Of a stretch of DNA of 64,000 nucleotides, positions 26,285-34,622 are shown piece by piece. The notes beneath the pieces were generated by a model. That model worked only from the letters and a program-made list of their open reading frames with translations, was not told the DNA's origin and did not search any database. The stretch lies in contig JAGQJZ010000002.1 in NCBI GenBank assembly GCA_020430445.1, forward strand, positions 5,425 through 69,424, in the 5' to 3' direction. Source of the stretch: Nitrospina sp. GTDB taxonomy: Bacteria; Nitrospinota; Nitrospinia; Nitrospinales; Nitrospinaceae. Position 1 is the stretch's first letter. Every line of letters starts with the position of its first letter. The position numbers and the translations under genes are program-made.

Positions 26285-28030
26285 CTAGAAAAACAGCCGG
26301 CCGGCCACGTGCACCATGCCGAGGCTGCCATCGGAGGGTTTTCTATCGCCCAAAACCGGAATGGCGTAGGTCAGGGAAAAGTCCGCGCCCGGCAGGTGCC
26401 CTTTGCCTTTTGGAACGGACAACCGGACGCCCCCTCCCACGCTGGTGAGCGAAACGTTGCGCTCAGCCGGCTGGGGCTCTTCTATAAAGATACGGCCATG
26501 ATCGATAAAACCAAAGAGAGAAAATAAATCCGGGAACGTGTACCGCGGATTCGTGGTGACCGGGAAATCGATCGGGAGCGGCAGGACGTATTCGAGCGTC
26601 GTCTGGTAACCGTGGTCTCCCGAGGCGTCCGCCAGCGGATAGCCGCGCACGGTGCCGATCCCGCCCAGCACAAACTGGTCCGGCGACAAAACGCGCTTGT
26701 CGGTGACCTGACCGTTGAATTTCATGATGAAATAACTGCCGCCGAAATAAGCCGACTGATAGCGTGTGAGGCTGAACGTGGCCACCACTGCGTCGCCCTG
26801 CCCCTGCAGGCGGGAGTTCAGCGGGTCTCCCTGGTCGGTCTCGGTATAACCGAACTGGAGGCGGCCCTGCAGAAAGGTCTGCCCCATGAGAGGATCCCGG
26901 ATATTGCCTCCGGCGAACAGGTGCGCGTTGAACAGGACATCGTCGGTGCTGGTCTGGTTTTGCAGAAAGTTTTTGAAGAAGCGGAAGTCCAGTCCGGCCC
27001 CGGCATAGAAATGGGCCATGCGGCTGCGAAAGAGCGTGTGCAGCATATCGGCGGTGGCCATGTGCGAATTGCCGCCGGCGTTCAACGCCGTCAGGGCTCC
27101 GCCCAACTGGTGGTCGGAATAAATATAGGACAGGCCCAGGGTGGTGCCGCTTTCATTCAGCGGGACGGTGTAATTGGGATTGACAAAGTTCTGCCCCAGG
27201 CCCGAGCGCAACGCGCGCAGGCGGAAGGTGTCGCCGAAGCGCAGCAGGTTCCCGGTGATGCCGGTGGCGCCCACCCGGTTCCGGCCGGTGAACTCCGAAC
27301 CAAAATTGTCCGCATCGATTGAGAATTCCCAGGGACGCGTTTTTTTGACTTCCAGCACGAGGTCGGACGTCCCGTCTTTTTTACCCGGCCGTAGCACCGA
27401 TGAAATTTCATACCCGATCAGGTCGTTCAGTTCCAGGATCGGACCTTCGAGGTCCCGCTCCATCAGGTTGGGCCGGCCCACAAGCGGCGCGAAACGCCGT
27501 TTGATTTTGTCGGCGTGTTCCTCAGGCAGATTGCCCGTGACCTGGACCTCGCCCAGCCGCCCCTCCACCACCTGGAACAGCACCACGCCATCGCGGATGG
27601 TCTGCGCCGGCACCAGCGTGCGCGCCAGAATATACCCCTTGCGGAAATAAAGGGCGGTGATCTCCTGCGCCATCAGGTCGAGAAGCCCGAGGGTCAGTTC
27701 CTCGCCGCCGCCGAGCGCGACGATGTCCGCCAGTTCCTCATACTTGACGAGAGTGTTGCCCTGCACCAGGACCGACTTGACAAAAAACGCAGGCCCCGCG
27801 CCGGGGTCCGTGAGCGTGCGGCTGTCCTGGATTTCAATTTGAGGGAGAACGGCCGGGGGACGGACACGCTCCGGCCGGGCCTTCTCCAGCGACTTCTGGA
27901 TCACGCCGGAATCTCCCGCCGGGGGCAGAGGGACCTGGGCTCCAGCATTGGAATGGAAAGCGAGTGCCGTCATAAGCGTCAGAAAAAAGCGTCTTCCTCT
28001 GTTTGTTGCAATTGAAAGAAAGGCAAACAT
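26285..28030 (-). CDS. ShlB/FhaC/HecB-family TpsB outer-membrane transporter (POTRA + beta-barrel)
   Basis: 581 aa. Signal peptide, POTRA-like FFVKSVLVQGNTLV...GEVQVTGN, long beta-barrel region, terminal Phe. Confidence 0.9.
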   Translation of the reverse strand: MFAFLSIATNRGRRFFLTLMTALAFHSNAGAQVPLPPAGDSGVIQKSLEKARPERVRPPAVLPQIEIQDSRTLTDPGAGPAFFVKSVLVQGNTLVKYEELADIVALGGGEELTLGLLDLMAQEITALYFRKGYILARTLVPAQTIRDGVVLFQVVEGRLGEVQVTGNLPEEHADKIKRRFAPLVGRPNLMERDLEGPILELNDLIGYEISSVLRPGKKDGTSDLVLEVKKTRPWEFSIDADNFGSEFTGRNRVGATGITGNLLRFGDTFRLRALRSGLGQNFVNPNYTVPLNESGTTLGLSYIYSDHQLGGALTALNAGGNSHMATADMLHTLFRSRMAHFYAGAGLDFRFFKNFLQNQTSTDDVLFNAHLFAGGNIRDPLMGQTFLQGRLQFGYTETDQGDPLNSRLQGQGDAVVATFSLTRYQSAYFGGSYFIMKFNGQVTDKRVLSPDQFVLGGIGTVRGYPLADASGDHGYQTTLEYVLPLPIDFPVTTNPRYTFPDLFSLFGFIDHGRIFIEEPQPAERNVSLTSVGGGVRLSVPKGKGHLPGADFSLTYAIPVLGDRKPSDGSLGMVHVAGRLFF

Positions 28031-28694
28031 TCAAACCCTGAGATTGCTGTTCCCATTTCCCAAACAGCGCGGCCTCCCTGCTTAAAGTCAGAAAGTCGGG
28101 GAAAAAAATCCAATCCGGAAATCTGGTTTGGTGAACCCGCGAAAAAAATCGAACTTCCTCCCCTGCTTTTCGGCCCATTCGAATCACTTGATTATAACCT
28201 AAAAATTCCGGCTGGCACCCCAAAACCTCCCGTAAATTAAGGGGAAAAGGGACAAGCGGCCGGCGGACACAGAAACCGGAACCTGCCGATTTCCCGAACC
28301 GAATACGCACCGGTTTCGAGAGCGCCGCAAAACCGGCGCAAAACATCACCTAACTTATTGTTTTAAAACGAAAAAATTAGAATTGGGGCGTGTCGTTGAA
28401 CCTCAATCCCTCCGGACTTTTTAAGGAGGCTTTATTCAATGATTTTCGCGGCAGGTTGTCGCGGCCGGGCCGGTCCCGCGAAACTACGGCGTATTCACCG
28501 GCGCAAAATTCCTGTTTTTCCCCCTCAAACCGGCGGCAGGGGGCCCGGGCATGAAAACAACACACAACATCGCACCTTAAAAACACCGGGCAACATATTT
28601 TCCGATTACCAAAATATTTTATTTTTGTTTTCGCCCGAAAATTTGTGCGGATGTTTTTCCGCAGAATCATAACGGTTTTTCACGTTGCCCTCCG

Positions 28695-30347
28695 CTAGGG
28701 GTCTTCGCCGAAACCTTTCCCAAGGGTGGCCTCAATGCCCTGTTCCAACCAGCGGGTTAGGTTCGGGTGTGGCGCCAGGCCTTCCCGGTTCATTTCGTAG
28801 ACGAGGCCGTTGAAAAACTCGTCGTACCGCCCGCTTCCATACAACCGGTTGGAAATGATCAGCGTGCGGCCAGACGCGCTGCCCTCCTCAATCAAGGTGC
28901 GGATATTTTTCAGCGCGCCCTCTTTCTTGTCCGGCCAGTCTTCTCGTACGGTCAGGCCCCGCACTTCCCTGAACGGCACCTGGGCGTGTTGCTGGATATA
29001 ATCGGCGTGTTTCTGCATGATCGCCTTCCACTCGGCGTCTTTCTTGTCGTCACGCGCGCCGTGGGCGACGAGCAGCACCCGTTCCCGCCTGGGATCCCGG
29101 CTGATGGACATCACCCGCTCCCGCAGTATTTCGCAGATGAGAGCATCCTCCTCATACCCGCCGAAAGAAGCGAACACCGCACCGGAGCGGACCTGCGGCG
29201 GCGGGGTGGCTCCGGGTCTTTGCCGGGGAGGCTGTGTGCTGAAGCCGAGCAGATAATCGATCTTATCCTTGAACTGGTTCTCCAGCGAGTACATGCGCAC
29301 GACAACGATCTTCCGGATGCCCTCGCGTTCCAGTTTGGCAACAGCATCCTGCAGGATCAGCGCATCGGCCATCCCGTAGGCGATTTCAACGCGGTATCTG
29401 GACTTGAGCGGTTCGATGACTTTTTCGATCGCATCGTTATAAGGTTTCTGCGCCCCGTGCGGCATGACCACCACGCCCACCTGAGACGGCGCGGGGGCGG
29501 TAAACCGGTTGGCGGTTTTCCGGAGCCAGTGCAGCACGTTCGGGTGCGGCACAATTTCTTCCGGAACGACAGTCAAGTCGTATTCTCCGAACTTTCGAGT
29601 CAACCAATAAGATACCGACATCTGGTGGGAGTATTTGGCGGCCATAACGAACGGAATCAAAAGGGTATGGCCTTTTTTCGCGGTCATCTCAAAAATCTTC
29701 CGGTCGGCTTCGCGTTCTTTTCTTTCACGCAGTTCCGCGTTGGCCCCGTTGCCGTAATACAACACCAACTCCGCCTCGCGAAAAGGCAAACGATCGGTGG
29801 CGTATTGCAGGACCGGCTGCAATTCTGCACGCATGGCCTGTTCGGAGGTTTCGTCGACGGGCCCCATGCCCAGCAGGATCAGACGTTCGTTTTCGGGATC
29901 TCCGCTCAACTGCCGGGCGCGGTCGAGAAAGACCTGCGCGGTCAGATGACTGGCCGCCATGGGTTCGGCCCAGCGCACGGAGAGTCTGCCGCCGGCTTTT
30001 TCCGCCACCCATTGCCGCGCCAGAACCAGGGCCGGGTCGACACCGGACAGAAACAGGGGAATGGCGACCACCCGCTCGGCCCCGTTGTTCTGCAACCGCG
30101 CCAATGCGGCGTCAATATAGGGAGCGTAATCGCGGTCGGGGCCGCCGTGACCCTGCCCCACGTAGACCAGGGCTGCCGGATATTCCTTCTCAAATTCCGT
30201 GAACAGCACCTCCAGTTCGCTATTACCAAGAAATCCCCGGTCCGGGGCCAGAACCAGAAAACCGGTTTCCGGATAGGACGCGGCAAGCAGGTTACCGGGG
30301 CAGAACATAAAAAAGAGGGACAAAGCCCACAGGGCTAATTTTTTCAT
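28695..30347 (-). CDS. secreted protein built from four CbiX/SirB-like (class II chelatase fold) modules
   Basis: Signal peptide MKKLALWALSLFFMFCPGNLLAAS. Modules 3 and 4 keep CbiX-like VVVMPHGAQ...IVVVRMYS and VLLVAHGAR...LIISNRLYGSG. Modules 1 and 2 lack the His. AGGAGG RBS before the ATG at 30345-30347. Confidence 0.7.
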   Translation of the reverse strand: MKKLALWALSLFFMFCPGNLLAASYPETGFLVLAPDRGFLGNSELEVLFTEFEKEYPAALVYVGQGHGGPDRDYAPYIDAALARLQNNGAERVVAIPLFLSGVDPALVLARQWVAEKAGGRLSVRWAEPMAASHLTAQVFLDRARQLSGDPENERLILLGMGPVDETSEQAMRAELQPVLQYATDRLPFREAELVLYYGNGANAELRERKEREADRKIFEMTAKKGHTLLIPFVMAAKYSHQMSVSYWLTRKFGEYDLTVVPEEIVPHPNVLHWLRKTANRFTAPAPSQVGVVVMPHGAQKPYNDAIEKVIEPLKSRYRVEIAYGMADALILQDAVAKLEREGIRKIVVVRMYSLENQFKDKIDYLLGFSTQPPRQRPGATPPPQVRSGAVFASFGGYEEDALICEILRERVMSISRDPRRERVLLVAHGARDDKKDAEWKAIMQKHADYIQQHAQVPFREVRGLTVREDWPDKKEGALKNIRTLIEEGSASGRTLIISNRLYGSGRYDEFFNGLVYEMNREGLAPHPNLTRWLEQGIEATLGKGFGEDP

Positions 30348-30484
30348 GGCAATCCTCCTGAAAACCCGCAAGAACCGGGTTTTCCCCAATTCGTCGCGCG
30401 GAACAGCCACCCACTACGGCCCCTCCTGGGGCAGCACTTGAGAAACCCGGCTGAGACCGGCCATTCCCAGTCTCAAAATAGAAT

Positions 30485-30513
30485 TTGATTTTCATTATCA
30501 ATAAAGATATGAT
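30485..30513 (+). promoter_or_regulatory. candidate sigma70 promoter for the NERD gene
   Basis: TTGATT (30485-30490), 17-nt spacer, TATGAT (30508-30513). It lies about 215 nt upstream of the ATG. Confidence 0.3.
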
Positions 30514-30728
30514 TGTCTCTCTCTTTTCATCTCTTGTCAATGAGAGCTTTGCTTAGCCCTGAAAAACCTTACAAGGCGGGACACTGCGGACCTTACGGCC
30601 GGCAATGGCTACTCAATGGGCCGACAGACAGAGCCTGGCCTCAGCCGGCCGTCGGCATTAAAGATCACCGGCAGAACAACCGTTCTCCGCATAGAGCCAG
30701 GGCGGCGTCATTAAATTTCTGAGTAGAA

Positions 30729-31556
30729 ATGAACAGAAAGCCTTTTTGGAAATTCAGCAACAGGCCCTCCACCAGGCCGCCGCTGAACGAACCCCCTCTT
30801 CCCAATCCCGGTGAGTCCACGGAAAAATACATCCAGACATTTCTGGACGACAGGATTTTCTCCTATCTTCTTTTTTGTCTGCTGACTGTTTTTCTCGCTT
30901 TGTGGGAATGGTGGGCCTGGTATCAGAACCTGCCAAGACAACCTGAACTTTATTTTCTGATGGCGGCGGTCATCGTCCCATTTGCCCTATTCAGGATTCT
31001 CCAGAACCGGAAAAAACTGAAAGCCCTGCAACTGGGCCTGGAAGGGGAAATTGCTGTCGGGCAGTTTCTGGAAACCCTGCGTGAAAGTGGTGCCCGCGTG
31101 TTTCACGACATTCCCGGACCCGGGTTCAATCTGGACCACGTGCTGGTATCCCCAAAAGGGGTTTTTGTGATTGAAACCAAAACCTGGTCCAAGCCGGTCC
31201 GTGGTGCCACGATCATCACCTTCAACGGAGAAGGTGTTTCCAAAAACGGCGGACCTTATGATCCGGCCCCGGTGGTTCAGGTTACCGCCGCAGCCAACTG
31301 GTTGCGGGAAATGCTGCTCGAATTCACCGAACAGGATTATCCCATTCAGCCGATTGTGGTTTTTCCCGGATGGTATATTCAACCCACGGCGGAATCCAAA
31401 TCCCATCCTGTGTGGGTTTTAAATCACAAGGCCGTCCCCGGCTTTATCGTCAACAGCCGGAACCAGTTGAGCACGGAGGAAGTGCACATGATCTCGGTTT
31501 ATCTGTCCCGTTATGTGCGGACTCTTTCCCCACAAACAAAAGGCGGCGCGTTATAA
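30729..31556 (+). CDS. membrane-anchored NERD (nuclease-related) domain protein
   Basis: 275 aa. Two N-terminal TM helices, then the NERD core GLEGEIAVGQFLETL...VFHDIP...LDHVLVSPKGVFVIETK. Confidence 0.8.
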   Translation: MNRKPFWKFSNRPSTRPPLNEPPLPNPGESTEKYIQTFLDDRIFSYLLFCLLTVFLALWEWWAWYQNLPRQPELYFLMAAVIVPFALFRILQNRKKLKALQLGLEGEIAVGQFLETLRESGARVFHDIPGPGFNLDHVLVSPKGVFVIETKTWSKPVRGATIITFNGEGVSKNGGPYDPAPVVQVTAAANWLREMLLEFTEQDYPIQPIVVFPGWYIQPTAESKSHPVWVLNHKAVPGFIVNSRNQLSTEEVHMISVYLSRYVRTLSPQTKGGAL

Positions 31557-31641
31557 TTTTCTTCAGGCCCCCTACGGAGGATTTTGTTTTGTTGACCAGT
31601 CTGAAAAGGCCCGAGGAATTTCTAAAGGATCTGACGGGGAA

Positions 31642-32934
31642 CTAAAACAGATAGTCCACGCCGAGGAGGCCACCGTGGCGGTAGGTTTCCAGCTTGTTCA
31701 GCGGCGTATCCCCCGCGAATCCACCCGGAAGGTAGAAAGTCGCCGTCCCGTCATTCACCTGCATGTGCCAATAACGGTAACCCACTTTAACGGATAGGCG
31801 GGGATGAAAACGGTAGTGCACCGTGCCTTCGAGGGTGTAACCGAGACCGAGTCCAGAATCCTGAACCGAAGGGTTTTGTGCCAGGTCCGCCCGCAGATGG
31901 TGGGTGTCTTCATTATCCACAAAGGCCAGCGGCAGAAAACCGCCGTCCAGGTTCAGTTCCAGGCCGTTCAAGACCTGCAGTGTGGACGTGAGGCCGATCC
32001 GCATGCCGTGCCACCGAAGCGAGTTGGTGATAGTGGATTGTCCGGCAAAGCCGCTGGTTCCCGGGGGATCGCACAAAAGGGCGCTGGTACACTCCAGTTG
32101 TGTGACGCCTTCGGCATTGTATTGCTCCGCCCAGTAATGAAATCCCATATAGGCGCCGAGTTTCAGACGCGGTGACCGGTAAAAATGCCCGCCCACATCG
32201 AACTGGGCATAGAGCATGTCCACCATATTCACATCACTGAGCGTGCGCGAATACCGGTGCTCCCCGGATTGGCTGGTCGCGTAAAAGGCCGCCCCCGCGG
32301 CGCTGACGAAGTCATCGTCGATCAATTCACCGAAACCTCCACCGTAACCGGCCAGCCCCCGCGCGAACCACCTGCGCCAGTTCACTTTTCCCAGGAACTC
32401 TCCCGAATACCCGCGCAGGTCCCGGTAGAACAGCTCCGACGTCGGGTCCCCGTGCAGATAGTAACCCGACGTGTGGTTGAAATCCGTCTGGCCGGTCCCG
32501 ATCCACGTTCCAATCGAGTACGTCCATTCGGGCGCATCGTATTTTCGGGGCGGCGCACCGGCCGGAGAGGTTGCAGTCCCGGAATTTGCCGCAACCGCAA
32601 CCGGTAGACGAGGGCTTCCTTCCCTCCCGCCACCGGAATTTTGAACGCGCGCCTTTTCGGTGACGGGAGCGGCCGGAATGGAACTCTTCCCCCCGGAATC
32701 CTTTCGATCCGGGATGACCATTTCATAGGTCCGGGACTCGTAGGTTTTGACGCCGTCCCGGGCTTCACCCTCCTCCGCCGGAACCACCACATCGAACGAG
32801 CGGGTGACGCCGCCCGTTCCCGGTTCCCCCGCGTCGGCCGTAGCGGAAAACAGGAGCAACAGCCCGAGAAAAAAACACCCCCATCCCCGGCCGTTCCCGG
32901 CAAGGCCCCTTTGTCCGGTAGATGACTGATTCAT
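31642..32934 (-). CDS. predicted outer-membrane beta-barrel protein with Pro/Gly-rich N-terminal region
   Basis: Start chosen at MNQSSTGQRGL..., followed by the signal-like FFLGLLLLFSATADA. The C-terminal half has alternating aromatic/hydrophilic strands and ends ...GLLGVDYLF. A longer ORF start would overlap the upstream gene. Confidence 0.6.
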   Translation of the reverse strand: MNQSSTGQRGLAGNGRGWGCFFLGLLLLFSATADAGEPGTGGVTRSFDVVVPAEEGEARDGVKTYESRTYEMVIPDRKDSGGKSSIPAAPVTEKARVQNSGGGREGSPRLPVAVAANSGTATSPAGAPPRKYDAPEWTYSIGTWIGTGQTDFNHTSGYYLHGDPTSELFYRDLRGYSGEFLGKVNWRRWFARGLAGYGGGFGELIDDDFVSAAGAAFYATSQSGEHRYSRTLSDVNMVDMLYAQFDVGGHFYRSPRLKLGAYMGFHYWAEQYNAEGVTQLECTSALLCDPPGTSGFAGQSTITNSLRWHGMRIGLTSTLQVLNGLELNLDGGFLPLAFVDNEDTHHLRADLAQNPSVQDSGLGLGYTLEGTVHYRFHPRLSVKVGYRYWHMQVNDGTATFYLPGGFAGDTPLNKLETYRHGGLLGVDYLF

Positions 32935-32968
32935 AAATTGCTCGCTCGCAGGACAATGTCCCTTCGAA

Positions 32969-34036
32969 TCACTTTCCGCCAAACAAACGCCGCAATCCGG
33001 CCCCGAAACCTCTTTTTTTATTCGCAGGAGCCCCGTTGCCCGGATGGAATGCTTCACAAAATGTTCTTTCGTCGTTGAGACCATAAGCAGGAAACACTTT
33101 TTTAGCCGCCTCAATCATCGGCGGCGGTCCGGCCATATAAATATCAAAATCCGACAGGTCGGCATGGTCCTCGACCACCGCCTTGTGCACGAGTCCTGTC
33201 CTGCCCGCCCACGTCGACTGGGCTTCGGAAACAACGGGCACAAACCGGAAATGACGGCGGTCCCGTTGCCACTGTTCAATCAGTTTTGAATGATAAAAGC
33301 CGTCCGCGCCGCGTGTCCCCCAATACAGCCACGTGGGGGCCTCCATCATTTTCCCCAGCCTTTTTTCCAGCATCGGGCGAATGGGAGCGAACCCGGTACC
33401 GCCGGCCACGAAAATCGCCGGGCGGATGGACTCTTCATCGAGGCGGAAACCTCCCAACGGACCTTCGATACGAATTTCATCGCCCACATTGAGGGAACCC
33501 AGAACCGTGTCGGAAAAATAGCCGCCGGGAAAATGACGCACATGAAACTCCAGCAACCCGCTCTCCGAAGACGGGGCCGCCATGGAAAACGCCCGTTTCT
33601 CCCCTCCATCCAAAATGAAATGGACATACTGCCCCGGATGAAACGGCAAAGACTCCCCTTTTGGGAGACGCAGATGCAGGCACCAGACATCGGCGGCCAC
33701 CGGTTCTTTTTTTCCGATGCGGGCGGAAAGGGTGCGGCATTCGTAATGCCTCTCCAGCCGGTGACGCAATCCAAGGTCCAGGTCGCTTTTCGGCGTGGCC
33801 TTGCAGATCAGGGCCCACCCCTGTTCAATCTCGGACTGCGACAGCACCCCCGGCGTGTAGCCGTACAAATACTCCCACGTTCCCCGGATGACCCGGACGG
33901 CGCAGGTACCGCATTCGCCGCTGCCGCAACCATAGGGGAGGTTGATTCCCTGCTTCCGCGCGGCCTCCAGAACGGACTCTTCCGGCCCGACCTTGAAGCA
34001 GATGTCTTCCTGTTCGATTTTGACCTGGTGATCCAT
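32969..34036 (-). CDS. 2Fe-2S ferredoxin / FAD / NAD(P)H oxidoreductase (FNR-like reductase component)
   Basis: 355 aa. CGSGECGTCAV...C ferredoxin module, RAFSMA flavin motif, AGGTGFAP nucleotide motif. Confidence 0.88.
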   Translation of the reverse strand: MDHQVKIEQEDICFKVGPEESVLEAARKQGINLPYGCGSGECGTCAVRVIRGTWEYLYGYTPGVLSQSEIEQGWALICKATPKSDLDLGLRHRLERHYECRTLSARIGKKEPVAADVWCLHLRLPKGESLPFHPGQYVHFILDGGEKRAFSMAAPSSESGLLEFHVRHFPGGYFSDTVLGSLNVGDEIRIEGPLGGFRLDEESIRPAIFVAGGTGFAPIRPMLEKRLGKMMEAPTWLYWGTRGADGFYHSKLIEQWQRDRRHFRFVPVVSEAQSTWAGRTGLVHKAVVEDHADLSDFDIYMAGPPPMIEAAKKVFPAYGLNDERTFCEAFHPGNGAPANKKRGFGAGLRRLFGGK

Positions 34037-34100
34037 TTAACGGTTAATGACAAGATTGTGAAAGAAACGCGCCTTGCCCTTTCGGGCAGGGAGCGCCGGA

Positions 34101-34622
34101 TTACGTTCCCTCCTTTTGTTCCGGTTGTTCCGGGTCGTACTGGGACAAGGCGCGGTCGCGCTTGCGGGCGATCCGGCTGGTGCCCCGATAAACCTTTCCG
34201 TAAAGGTTCCAGTCGGCAATGTCGTCTTCGCTGATCGTGCCGTCCGGTCCCAGAGAATACAGATCGTAACTTCTCCCGCTGATTTCCCCGGGATAATCGT
34301 ATTGATACACATTGCCCCAGGGATCCTTCGGCACCGCTTCCAGATACCCTTCCTTGACCAGCACCCCCAACCCGCCTTCTTCCGAAGTGGGAGGCGGTTT
34401 CTGCAGGTCGTAGGCATAGGCTCCCAGGGCGCTTTTGAGCAGCATGACGCCTTCCCGCGCTTTGCGCAGGTCCACCTGTTTCCGGGTCTCCACCGCCATC
34501 ACGAACCGGGCGGTCAAAACCCCCAGCACCAGAAGGAAAACCAGGCTGACCATCACTTCCACAAAGGTGAACCCCGAGTGCCCGACACGCAACACGCTCC
34601 GGGCCCTAGTTGTAATGTTCAT
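34101..34622 (-). CDS. gspG: type II secretion major pseudopilin GspG
   Basis: Prepilin leader ...GHSG/FTFVEVMVSL with Glu at +5. GspG core PKDPWGNVYQYDYPG...YDLYSLGPDG...DDIADW. Its start overlaps the cytochrome c stop by 17 nt. Confidence 0.88.
   Translation of the reverse strand: MNITTRARSVLRVGHSGFTFVEVMVSLVFLLVLGVLTARFVMAVETRKQVDLRKAREGVMLLKSALGAYAYDLQKPPPTSEEGGLGVLVKEGYLEAVPKDPWGNVYQYDYPGEISGRSYDLYSLGPDGTISEDDIADWNLYGKVYRGTSRIARKRDRALSQYDPEQPEQKEGT

Noticed and set aside
28377-28670. A 97-aa minus-strand ORF and a 77-aa plus-strand ORF inside the tpsB upstream spacer.
   Set aside because: - Their composition is Arg/Cys/Lys-rich and AT-biased, unlike neighbouring genes.
- There is no RBS.
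- The two overlap each other on opposite strands.
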